From an uncultured bacterium (lineage in GTDB: Bacteria; Fermentibacterota; Fermentibacteria; Fermentibacterales; JCC-6), in the NCBI GenBank assembly GCA_964624405.1, contig CAZUXA010000004.1, positions 70,572 through 134,571 on the forward strand: a stretch of 64,000 bases of DNA. Direction: 5' to 3'. Below are positions 29,751 through 38,814 of this stretch, piece by piece. The translations under genes were made by a program, and so were the position numbers. The notes below the pieces were generated by a model. It ran no database searches and had not been told where the DNA came from. It saw only the letters and a list, made by a program, of their open reading frames with translations. Numbering within the stretch: position 1 is the first letter of the stretch; every line of letters starts with the position of its first letter.

Positions 29751-30539
29751 CTAGCGTTGAACGAGCTTTCTCCATCTGTCTCCCACCTTGATGAAACCCC
29801 CGATCTCAAGGTGCAGTTCGTCGTGGGGCCACCCGGTCAGGGAAAGGAACCGGAAGCCCCGATGGGCTATTGCCCGTTCGAGAAGAGGCATGTGCTGAGG
29901 TTCCAGTTCCAAAGGCTGCACCAGGGCGGAACGACCCTCCTCGGTAAGCCTGACTTTCCCCAGCGAGTCGCCGCCTGATTGAAGCGCCATTACCCCGTCT
30001 TCACCACACGGAAAAAGCACCGGCATGGACGCCATCCGAAGCCGCCTCAGCCGGGGGGCGGCGAGAATACCCGCCAATGCCGCCAAAGGCGCCAGAAGAA
30101 CAAGGTGCAGCCACATTCCTCCACGCCCGAAGATGCTGAGCGTGGTGGTGATTCCCCCGTGTATCAGAAACGCTCCCCCGATGAAAACCGATAGAACCAC
30201 ACCCTCATTTTCCGGCAGCAGGTTCCTGCCCAGGGATCCCGCCATCCAGGTGAGCGCGGGTTTTCCCCTCAACCCCGCCACCAGAAGAAACAGCCCCAGG
30301 GTGATCTCCGCGAAGGCGAAGGCACCGCCGGGAAACGATGAGACCTCCGCAATGAGGGTGATGGCGGAAAGCAGAAGACCTTCAAGCAGCAGAGAGGGTT
30401 TCGGCTTTCCCGCCAGAAGCGACACCAGGAAAGCTGCGGCGCCTGCTCCGGCGCCTGCCGCGACGGCGTACCCCCCCAGGAAAAGATCCCCGAGAAGAAA
30501 CAGGCCCGCCAGTAACAGCTCGGGCCAGAAGTTTCTCAA
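29751..30539 (-). CDS. hypothetical integral membrane protein
   Basis: About six TM helices plus soluble C-terminus; TTG start overlapping upstream TGA. Confidence 0.65.
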   Translation of the reverse strand: MRNFWPELLLAGLFLLGDLFLGGYAVAAGAGAGAAAFLVSLLAGKPKPSLLLEGLLLSAITLIAEVSSFPGGAFAFAEITLGLFLLVAGLRGKPALTWMAGSLGRNLLPENEGVVLSVFIGGAFLIHGGITTTLSIFGRGGMWLHLVLLAPLAALAGILAAPRLRRLRMASMPVLFPCGEDGVMALQSGGDSLGKVRLTEEGRSALVQPLELEPQHMPLLERAIAHRGFRFLSLTGWPHDELHLEIGGFIKVGDRWRKLVQR

Positions 30540-32023
30540 CAGTCCACCCCGGGCTGACGGAGGGACGCAATCCTGTCCACCGCGTCCCGAAACATCCGTC
30601 TCGCGGTCATTTCTCCCTTTGTCCTGCATTTGCCGGTGACGATCCTTCCCAGCAGCGACAGAAACCGAAGGGGGTGGCTGATCAGCCGGGCAATGTAGAA
30701 GTGCAGGTATGCGGCCCTTCGAAAACGGTCGAGCCGGCGGTAGTCATGTCTCCAGACCGGGGAGAAGCAAAGTTCGTCCATCTCTGCGAATCCCTGCAGT
30801 TCGGGTTCGGCCATGGCGGGAGTGGAGGGGAACGGTGTCATGATGGGCATTACCACCTCCTCCACCCCGCACCGGGCCAGTTTTCTGATGTAGTTTCGGG
30901 TTTCCCGGCGATCATCCCGGGTTTCACCGGGGGTTCCCGCCACGAAAAAACAGCAGGCGGCCACTCCGGCCCTTGAGGCAATCGCCGCCAGCTCCGGTAC
31001 CCGGTCGATATCCGCGGTCTTGTTCATCAGCTCAAGAACCCGCCGGGACCCGGATTCGGGGGAAAGGGAAAAGTAACGCATTCCCGCCCGGATCAGAAGC
31101 TTCAGAAGGCTGTCATCAATGGTTTCCATCTTCAGCCCCGAGGGAAAGCAGAATGTGATGTCGAGTGCGCTGTCTATCAGCCCCCTGCAGATGTCCCTGA
31201 CTCTGTTCCGGTTCACGGCGAAGTTCTCGTCCTGAATGTGGAAATCGGTAACCCCGTAGGTGTCCCGATGCCAACGGATTTCTTCCAGAACCCTTTCGGC
31301 GCTCTTTGAAAGCCAATGTCCGCCGCTCATCTCCGGCGCCTGACAAAAGGAGCACTTGTACGGGCAGCCTCTGGAGGTGAGAATGTTCATGTAACGAACA
31401 CCCCTCATGACCGGCCCGTGACCGTAGCCCAGCTTCCAGTAGTTCTCCAGGGGAAGCAGGTCTACCGCAGCGAAGGGCTGGCTGTCCAGATTCACCGTAT
31501 ACCTGGTTCGCCGGTCCACCATGCCGCCCTGAAAGGCAATACCTTCAAGCCCTTCGATGCTTCTGTCTCCTTCCAGCCGGGCGAGAAGCTCAGGAAGCCT
31601 TCTCTCCCCCTCACCGAGCACCACATAATCCGCCCCGGCCCTGATGAAGTCTTCCGGAACGAAGGTGGCGTGATAGCCCCCGACCACTACAGGCCTGGAA
31701 GGTGCCAGGCTTTTCAGTTCCCCGACAATGGCGCAAGCCATGGAGTGCTCTCCGGCGCAGTGAACGCTGATTCCAGCCACGGCATTCACCGGGGTCAGCC
31801 GGGCTGTCTCCCCCGGGGTAAGTCCCCGGGCCCGGTAACGGTTTCTGAATGAGTAGAACCTGTGCGGCGCCTGGCCGTAAGCATCGATGATGCTCACGGG
31901 AAAACCCGCGGCCCGCACCGCAGAAGCAAGATAGGCGAGCCCGGAGGGTATACCGGGAATACTGCCGTAGAAATCCGCCTTGAGGTGAACCACCGGAGGC
32001 CGGATCAGCGCCAGTTCCGTCAA
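30536..32023 (-). CDS. B12-binding radical SAM protein (1)
   Basis: PSGLAYLA, GGYHAT, GEGE, TSRGCPYKCSFC, DENF, ESGS. Confidence 0.92.
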   Translation of the reverse strand: MTELALIRPPVVHLKADFYGSIPGIPSGLAYLASAVRAAGFPVSIIDAYGQAPHRFYSFRNRYRARGLTPGETARLTPVNAVAGISVHCAGEHSMACAIVGELKSLAPSRPVVVGGYHATFVPEDFIRAGADYVVLGEGERRLPELLARLEGDRSIEGLEGIAFQGGMVDRRTRYTVNLDSQPFAAVDLLPLENYWKLGYGHGPVMRGVRYMNILTSRGCPYKCSFCQAPEMSGGHWLSKSAERVLEEIRWHRDTYGVTDFHIQDENFAVNRNRVRDICRGLIDSALDITFCFPSGLKMETIDDSLLKLLIRAGMRYFSLSPESGSRRVLELMNKTADIDRVPELAAIASRAGVAACCFFVAGTPGETRDDRRETRNYIRKLARCGVEEVVMPIMTPFPSTPAMAEPELQGFAEMDELCFSPVWRHDYRRLDRFRRAAYLHFYIARLISHPLRFLSLLGRIVTGKCRTKGEMTARRMFRDAVDRIASLRQPGVDC

Positions 32024-33480
32024 TGCAGCTGAGGCTCCATGGGCCTCTTCATATACCTTGCAGTGGCGATGAGGGTGAATCCGCTGATGTACTTCCGCAG
32101 ATCAAGAAGGCTTCGCATTCGGCGAATCTTCTTCCAGACAAGTTTCGGTCTCATGTAAAACCTCCGGTGACCCTCCTGGATGAGAAAACGAATCTGGTCC
32201 TCGGTCATGCCGTCGGGAACGAAGGACACATTTTTGAAGTTGAACCTGTCCTTGGTGAACTTTGACGGTTTGATTCTTCCAGCGAGAAGATCGTTGTAAA
32301 CCTCGCTTCCCGGCAGTGGCGTGAGGTTCACGAAAACCGCGTAATCAAGATCGAGTGAGCAGGCGAAGTCGATTGTGGCCAGGCCGTCCTCGAAGGTCTC
32401 CCCCGGAATGCCGAACATGAAGGTTCCATAGGCCTCCATGCCCAGGGCGCTGGTGGCGCTCACCGCCCGGCGGATCTGATCGAGGGTGGTTCTCTTCTTC
32501 AGGGTATCGAGATTTTTCTGAACGCCGCTTTCAACTCCGAAGAGAATTCTCCAGCAACCGGCTCTCTTCATTCTGGCCAGCATGTCCTCCGTGACCCTGT
32601 CCACCCGGGCGTTCACCGCCCAGTCCACATCCAGCCCCTTCTTTTCCATCTGATCGCAGAATGCCTTGACCCTCTCCTCGGACAGGGTGAATGTGTCGTC
32701 CCAGAAGGCGATGTCCCTCACGCCCTGGTGTTTGACAAGCCACTGTATCTCATCGGTGATGTTCTCCGCGCTGCGCATCCTGGTGTGCCGGTCGGTGTGG
32801 CAGAAAATGCACTCATAGGGGCAGCCTCTGGCTCCGATGATATTCGCGTGGGGAAGGCGGTTGTAAAAAGTGGGCGAGGGCAGATACTTCGACGGCGGCG
32901 CCAGTGAGTGGGCGGGAAAGGGCAGTGTGTCGATCTCCTCCACAACCGGTCTTGGAGGATTACGCAATACCGCGTTTCCGCTTCGGTGAATCAGGCCGGG
33001 GATCCCGTCAAGCGGCTTTTCTTCCGAACGCGCTGCCACAAGTTCCCGGAAGGTGTGCTCGCCCTCCCCGTAAACGAGACAGTCCAGGCCTTCGCACTCC
33101 TTCAGGCACCTTTCCCCCCACAGGGTGGGGTGAATCCCTCCGGCTACGAAAAAAGTGCCCGGGAAGCGACTCTTCATCTCGTTGAGCATCCAGCGGGAGT
33201 TTTCCCAGTCCACACTGGTGATGGTCACCCCGACCAGATCGGGCTTCTGCTGTTCAAGCATTTTCAGGGTGTCTTCAAAGGTGTGGAACAACCCCTCGAT
33301 GTACGCGACCTCATGACCATCCTCGATAACGAAAGGCGCCAGGTAAAGCAGCGAAGGGGATGGTACCACATTCACCAGGGGTTTTATCTTCAGCCAGCGA
33401 AGCAGGGGCACCCGCTGATTCATGAAATCATGCTGATCCTGTTCCCAACTGGCCGGCATGGTAAGCAGAACGATCTTCAT
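32020..33480 (-). CDS. B12-binding radical SAM protein (2)
   Basis: GGIHPT, GEGE, RGCPYECIFC, DDTFT, GVESG, GIPGET. Confidence 0.92.
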   Translation of the reverse strand: MKIVLLTMPASWEQDQHDFMNQRVPLLRWLKIKPLVNVVPSPSLLYLAPFVIEDGHEVAYIEGLFHTFEDTLKMLEQQKPDLVGVTITSVDWENSRWMLNEMKSRFPGTFFVAGGIHPTLWGERCLKECEGLDCLVYGEGEHTFRELVAARSEEKPLDGIPGLIHRSGNAVLRNPPRPVVEEIDTLPFPAHSLAPPSKYLPSPTFYNRLPHANIIGARGCPYECIFCHTDRHTRMRSAENITDEIQWLVKHQGVRDIAFWDDTFTLSEERVKAFCDQMEKKGLDVDWAVNARVDRVTEDMLARMKRAGCWRILFGVESGVQKNLDTLKKRTTLDQIRRAVSATSALGMEAYGTFMFGIPGETFEDGLATIDFACSLDLDYAVFVNLTPLPGSEVYNDLLAGRIKPSKFTKDRFNFKNVSFVPDGMTEDQIRFLIQEGHRRFYMRPKLVWKKIRRMRSLLDLRKYISGFTLIATARYMKRPMEPQLH

Positions 33481-33552
33481 TGACAAACCCTTTCAGCGGG
33501 AACGGAATATAATACGGACCCTGCGGAAAGCCTTACCGGACGAAAGGACTGC

Positions 33553-34566
33553 ATGGCTTCGGGAGTAAGTGTGATCATCCCGGCGTGGAACGCTTCAGAA
33601 ACCCTTTGCCGATGTTTGGATGCCCTGAAACGGCAGACCATGCCCCCCCTGGAAACAGTGGTGGTTGACGACGGTTCCAGTGATACCACCGCGGAACTCG
33701 CCCGAAGTTACGGGGTACGGGTCATCCCCCTTTCCGGCAAAATGGGACCGGCCCTGGCAAGGAACGAGGGTGTCTTCGCGGCTTCCGGGGAAATAGCCCT
33801 CTTCGTTGATGCGGATGTGGTGGTCCCCGAGAATCTGGTGGAGCGAATCGCCGGTTTGCTCTCCGATCCCTCCGTCGCCGGGGTTCAAACCCTTTACGCG
33901 CCGGACTGCCCGGGAGAAGGGCTGATCACAACCTATCAGAACTTCTACTACCATCATTCCCTGGCGAGAATGCGCCCGGGGGGCGTGGCGGTTTTCGCCA
34001 CATGGTGCGCCGCGGTTCGCCGTGATGTGTTTCTGGAACTGGGCGGATTCAACACGAATGTTCCGGAGCCCACCGTGGAGGATGAGGAACTGGGCTACGC
34101 CATCGCTGACTCCGGCCGGGTGATTCTGCTGGAAAAGAGCCTTCAGGTAACCCATCTGGCAGAGTACACCTTCGGAACCTTCGCCGGCCGGCGTCTGAGA
34201 ATGGCGGTTGCCCAGGCCAAAAGCGGTTGGAGGCAGGTGAAACAGCGCCTGCTGGCGAGGTACATGAATGTCCACGAAACCGGAACCCATCACAGCAGGT
34301 GGGTGGTTCTGTCCATACTCATCACCTTTCTGGCCTGGCTGTCACCCCTATCAATGCTTTTCACAGGGCCGGCGGGGCTTCTTCTGTTTCCCGCCCTGCT
34401 GTTTCTGGCGCTGCTTTGTCACTGGAGCTTTTTCGCTTCCGCCGTGAAGCGCTTCGGATGGCGGGTATTCCCGGGTTTCGCCGTCATGTGCATAACGGAC
34501 ATGACCATCCTGGGCTTTGGAATCATCAGGGGCACGCTGGAATACCTGTCGGGAAAGCACTACTGA
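33553..34566 (+). CDS. glycosyltransferase family 2 with C-terminal TM helices
   Basis: IIPAWN, VDDGSSD, ARNEG, FVDAD, GGF, VED. Confidence 0.9.
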   Translation: MASGVSVIIPAWNASETLCRCLDALKRQTMPPLETVVVDDGSSDTTAELARSYGVRVIPLSGKMGPALARNEGVFAASGEIALFVDADVVVPENLVERIAGLLSDPSVAGVQTLYAPDCPGEGLITTYQNFYYHHSLARMRPGGVAVFATWCAAVRRDVFLELGGFNTNVPEPTVEDEELGYAIADSGRVILLEKSLQVTHLAEYTFGTFAGRRLRMAVAQAKSGWRQVKQRLLARYMNVHETGTHHSRWVVLSILITFLAWLSPLSMLFTGPAGLLLFPALLFLALLCHWSFFASAVKRFGWRVFPGFAVMCITDMTILGFGIIRGTLEYLSGKHY

Positions 34567-34591
34567 CGAAACCCCGCGCCCCGGTTTCGCC

Positions 34592-35302
34592 CTAAATCCT
34601 TCCCACAAGAAACTTCCATATCGTGTGAAGAACACTGAGCCCGTAGGGAACAGGCCTGAGGCTGGAGTATCCCTGGCCGTGAACGGTGGGAATGGGAACC
34701 TCGGTGACGGACAGCTTGTTTCTGATGGCCCCGACCAGCATTTCCGAATCGAAGTTGAAGGTGTTTGAATAGCGATGGTAGGGTATTACTTCCAGGGCGG
34801 CCATGCTGTACGCCTTGTAACCGCTGTGATAGCTGGTGAGGTTCGCCCGGAAAACGAAGTTTTCAAGCCCGTTGAGAATCACGGTTCCCCAATACCTGGC
34901 CTGACTCATCCCCCCCTTTCGCATGTCGCCGTACTTGGTGCGGCTGCCGCCCACCACATCCGCGCCCTGATGCAGCGGCGCAAGCATCCTTACAAGGAAA
35001 TCCGGAGGGTACTGGCCGTCGGAATGGAGCATCACCACACCCCGGGCTTCCCGCTTCCTGGCCCAGTCGAAGGCTGTTTTCTGGGCGGCGCCGTAGCCCC
35101 GGTTCAGTTCATGCTGAACCAGCCTGATCTTGGGAAACTCTTCGACCAGGCCGAGAACGGTTTCAGCGGTGTGGTCCGTGGAGCCGTCGTTCACCACCAG
35201 AAGCCTGTCAACCGAGTCCCAGGCTTCCGGGGGAATGTTGCGGATAACACCCTCGATGAATCGACCGGTATTGTATGCTGGCATGAAGCATATGAACTGC
35301 AT
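34592..35302 (-). CDS. GT2, polyprenol-phosphate glycosyltransferase (DPM synthase-like)
   Basis: MPAYN, NDGSTD, NRGYGAAQK, HSDGQY, GSR, HSGYKAY, FDSEM. Confidence 0.88.
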   Translation of the reverse strand: MQFICFMPAYNTGRFIEGVIRNIPPEAWDSVDRLLVVNDGSTDHTAETVLGLVEEFPKIRLVQHELNRGYGAAQKTAFDWARKREARGVVMLHSDGQYPPDFLVRMLAPLHQGADVVGGSRTKYGDMRKGGMSQARYWGTVILNGLENFVFRANLTSYHSGYKAYSMAALEVIPYHRYSNTFNFDSEMLVGAIRNKLSVTEVPIPTVHGQGYSSLRPVPYGLSVLHTIWKFLVGRI

Positions 35303-35406
35303 GTTCCACTCTTCCATGAAGGGAAAATCCGGACATGGGACGGGAAACACTACGCAATGCCGGGTGTCACCGCAAGACTGGGGAGGAAGACCGGCTGGAA
35401 AGCTTG

Positions 35407-36093
35407 ATGGAAACCCACCTTGGGGGCCTTGTTCTTGACGTGGCCACGGGAACCGGCAGTTTCATAGGATTCCTTAGATACTACGCCGGTAACGAAGCAA
35501 CCATCGTCGCCGCCGAGCCCTCCCCCGAAGCGGTGCGGTCCGTGGCGGAATCCTTCAGGGAACAGAGTGTTCTGCCGGTGCGGGCCGACGGGGAGTACCT
35601 CTGCTTTCCCCGGGAAATGTTCGACGCGGTTGCGGTTTCAAACTCGGTTCACCATTTCGCCCGCCCCGACCGGGTTCTTGGAGACATGATCCGGGTACTG
35701 AAGCCCGGAGGTCTCTTCGTCCTCAGAGAGATGTTCCGGGACGGAGATCAGACGGAATCCCAGAAAACCCATATCCTTCTGCACCACTGGAGGGCCGATG
35801 TAGACGCGCTTCACGGTGTTTTTCACCATCACACGCTTACCCGGAGGGAACTGGAGGCCGTTCCGGGAAAACTGGGGCTCACCGGGGTTCTCTCAGCGGT
35901 TCAGACAGACATGGAAGCCGATCCGAAGAGCCCGGATAGAATCGAAAGCGTGGAAAAAACCATACAAAGCACAATTGCCCGGGCGGAAGGGCATCCGGAG
36001 CTTCAGGCCCGGGGGGGGCGGATCCGGGAAAGGCTTCAGATCCATGGTTTCTCCGGGGCTTCGTCGGTGCTTCTGGCAGGGATCAGGGCGTAA
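35407..36093 (+). CDS. class I SAM-dependent methyltransferase
   Basis: VLDVATGTG, FDAV, HHF, RVLKPGG; start uncertain. Confidence 0.85.
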   Translation: METHLGGLVLDVATGTGSFIGFLRYYAGNEATIVAAEPSPEAVRSVAESFREQSVLPVRADGEYLCFPREMFDAVAVSNSVHHFARPDRVLGDMIRVLKPGGLFVLREMFRDGDQTESQKTHILLHHWRADVDALHGVFHHHTLTRRELEAVPGKLGLTGVLSAVQTDMEADPKSPDRIESVEKTIQSTIARAEGHPELQARGGRIRERLQIHGFSGASSVLLAGIRA

Positions 36094-37813
36094 CATTCTC
36101 CGGGGCCCACAGGGGTCTCAGATGCCGCTCCGGGGTCAGAGCACGAGCCCTTTCCTGTGTCCAGGGTTCCAGATAACCCTGCCTTTCCCGCATGTAGAAA
36201 AGGTAGGGAGTTCTTCCCTGAAAGAGTTTTTCCATGGCCTCGATGTCATCTTCCGGGGTCTGGTGGGCGCAGAACACGATGTCACCGTCCAGGAACGGAT
36301 CGGTTGCCAGCATCCCGCTCATGATGTTGGGGTAGCCATGCTCTCCGGCTTCCATGAAAACCACTGCCGGAGACTCCGCGTAACGCCTCGCCAGTCTGAC
36401 TGGAATACCGTCGATGGACTGCCAGGGCCCGCTTCTCAGAACGATTCCGTCGGGTATGTACACCATGAGCGTGGCGGTGAGGAAAAGCGCCGAAAAGAAC
36501 AGCACCGCCCAGTTCCCCCGGCGGCGGACCGCCTCGCGGAACCCGAGAGCGCACAGAAGGGCAAAGGCCGGAAGCGTGGTGAAGTAGTGCCGGGGACCGT
36601 AGTCAATGGCGGCGGCGTAATGTACAAACATGAACGGTATCACCGCCAGGATAGGAAGATAGAGCACTCTCCACCTCTTCCGCTCCACCCGGTTGAAAAG
36701 AATCAGAAGCGCCGGCATTAGAGACAGGAACGGCCAGCCGAGAAGAATGGTGCTGCCGGCTCCGGCCTGTTGAGCAAGGTTCAGCAAACCCCGCAGCGGA
36801 GTGTGGGCGTGGTCGCCGTATTCGGGAAACCAGGCCTTGTCCTGGCCGAAGCCCAGAAGGCTTCCGCCTCTGGCAAGGTTGTAGGCCGGAGAAAGGGGAT
36901 CGCCGGTATAGTGCCTGTTGGACAGCAGGAAGAACGCCACGGGCAGCAGCGCCCCCAGAACAATCGTCAGCAACGGGGGAATCGCCCTGGAACGGAACCG
37001 TGCGAAAAACACAATGGTTATGGAGATCGCCCATGGAAGCATGGTATAGGGCTTCGCGCACAGGGCCAGACCCAGCAGGAAACCCCCGATGGCGTGGAAT
37101 CCCGGCGTCTCTTCCCTTGCACCCCTGACAATGAAGTACAGCGCCCATGTAATCAGCATCAGCTCGGTGTTGTGGGCCATGTGCGACGCGCTCATGAACA
37201 GAAAGAAAGGCGACACCGCCATGACAAGAATTCCCAGCCTGGCCGTGGCTTTCCCGGTTATCTGCCGAAACAGCAGGTACGCTCCGATCAGGGAGAGGGT
37301 TCCCAGCATGGGACCCATCAGCGGGGCGATCCCGGTACGGGTGAACGGCGCCATGAGCAGAGAGTGAATCGGTGTGTACATAACGAACCAACGGCCATCA
37401 TCGAAGATGAAATGACGGAAGGGAAAAAGGTCCCTGGGGCTGGAAACCTCCGGTTCCGGCGCGACGGTACGCCCCCGGGCATAGATCCGGCTCTGCACCA
37501 TGTAGGCGGCTTCGTCGCCCCCCTTGGGAATCCCCTCGAGGGGAACCCATGCCATCCATACCGTGAACCCGAGTACAACGGCGCAAAGCGCCGCCAGAAA
37601 CCAGCGGTCAGCGCCACGGGTGAGCAGCCGACGGAACGCTTCCGCGGGTTTTCTCCATGTTTTCAGCACCGAGGCCGCAAGTATTGACCCGGGAACCAGG
37701 GTCAGGAGTTGTACCGCCTTGTCACCGGGGCCGGAAAGTCGGTGGTTTCCGTGGGCGTAGACCACGAACACGCATAGAAACATCAGACAAGCCGCAATCC
37801 GAGCCAGCTTCAT
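36083..37813 (-). CDS. GT-C fold membrane glycosyltransferase (ArnT/PMT_2, GT39-like)
   Basis: Multiple TM helices, DE motif in first loop (GGDEAAY), SP..., GPRHY. Confidence 0.75.
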   Translation of the reverse strand: MKLARIAACLMFLCVFVVYAHGNHRLSGPGDKAVQLLTLVPGSILAASVLKTWRKPAEAFRRLLTRGADRWFLAALCAVVLGFTVWMAWVPLEGIPKGGDEAAYMVQSRIYARGRTVAPEPEVSSPRDLFPFRHFIFDDGRWFVMYTPIHSLLMAPFTRTGIAPLMGPMLGTLSLIGAYLLFRQITGKATARLGILVMAVSPFFLFMSASHMAHNTELMLITWALYFIVRGAREETPGFHAIGGFLLGLALCAKPYTMLPWAISITIVFFARFRSRAIPPLLTIVLGALLPVAFFLLSNRHYTGDPLSPAYNLARGGSLLGFGQDKAWFPEYGDHAHTPLRGLLNLAQQAGAGSTILLGWPFLSLMPALLILFNRVERKRWRVLYLPILAVIPFMFVHYAAAIDYGPRHYFTTLPAFALLCALGFREAVRRRGNWAVLFFSALFLTATLMVYIPDGIVLRSGPWQSIDGIPVRLARRYAESPAVVFMEAGEHGYPNIMSGMLATDPFLDGDIVFCAHQTPEDDIEAMEKLFQGRTPYLFYMRERQGYLEPWTQERARALTPERHLRPLWAPENVTP

Positions 37814-37814
37814 G

Positions 37815-38810
37815 TCAGTACCTTCTGCCGGACAGGGCAGCGCCGGCGGCGGAAAGGGATGCGGGCAAAACCATGAGAAGGTCTGGAATCAGAAGAAACC
37901 CGGCCCGGAAACCCCGGAAGCCGCCGGCGCGGACCATGTGAACCAGCATTGGCGCCTGGGGACCCAGCGCCAGCAGAATACCTCCGAGGAACAGGGGAAG
38001 ACCCCATGAAGCCCCGACGGCGGCCAGAATCGCCCCGACGGGGATCAACCAGGAAAAGACAGCTCCGAAAAGCACAGGAACCATCTCGGAAAAACCCGCC
38101 ACGCTGATGGAGGGGGCTCCCCGGCCCCGTCCGCGCCTGATGATGTAAAGAGCTTTGGCCATCATCATGTTCCACTCGTAACTAAGGAATTCACCAAGGG
38201 TATACTCCCTGAGGTGATAAACCTCGATCAGGGGAGCGATGAGAATTCTGCCTCCCCGGGCCCACAGCCTCTCCGCGAAGTCCGCGTCCTCGATGGTTGC
38301 GCCCCGGATGTTCTCATCGAAGCCTCCCAGCTCCCGAAAGGCACTGGTCTTCACCGCGAAGAAAAAGGTGCCGCATCCCTTGATGTACGGCCCTCGAATT
38401 CTTCTGGTGAATGTGTGGTGGTAGTAGTAGTTCTTGTAGAAAGTGGCCGCCCTGCTTCCGGGAGCGTCAGGGCCGTAGACCGCCTGCACCGCGTCGGCTT
38501 CACGCATACCGGCTTCCAGCATGCTCCGCCAGCCCTCCGGAGGCACCGCGTCGGAATCAAGGAAGAGAATCCACGATGTCTCCGCCGCCATGCCGCCGGT
38601 ATTCCTGGTTCCGGCGGCCCCGGGCTTCCCGAGGGAAGGAATGGCTTCCACTCCCAGTGATTCCAGCAGTTTTACGGAGCCGTCGAAGGATCGGTCGTCC
38701 ACAGCCAGAACCCTGTCGTCCGGATGAAGTTCGCTGATTACAGGGGCAAGCACCCTGCCCAGGGTTCCCTGGCTGTTGTGTACAGGGATAACCACGGTCA
38801 GGGAGGGCAA
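37815..38810 (-). CDS. glycosyltransferase family 2 (paralog of 33553..34566)
   Basis: VIPVHN, VDDRSFD, RNTG, FLDSD, GGFDE, IED. Confidence 0.9.
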   Translation of the reverse strand: MPSLTVVIPVHNSQGTLGRVLAPVISELHPDDRVLAVDDRSFDGSVKLLESLGVEAIPSLGKPGAAGTRNTGGMAAETSWILFLDSDAVPPEGWRSMLEAGMREADAVQAVYGPDAPGSRAATFYKNYYYHHTFTRRIRGPYIKGCGTFFFAVKTSAFRELGGFDENIRGATIEDADFAERLWARGGRILIAPLIEVYHLREYTLGEFLSYEWNMMMAKALYIIRRGRGRGAPSISVAGFSEMVPVLFGAVFSWLIPVGAILAAVGASWGLPLFLGGILLALGPQAPMLVHMVRAGGFRGFRAGFLLIPDLLMVLPASLSAAGAALSGRRY

Positions 38811-38814
38811 CTTT

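Noticed and set aside
33480-33513. TTGACA...TATAAT promoter before the GT2 gene
   Set aside because: Spacer is 22 bp, too long; only the -10 element is plausible
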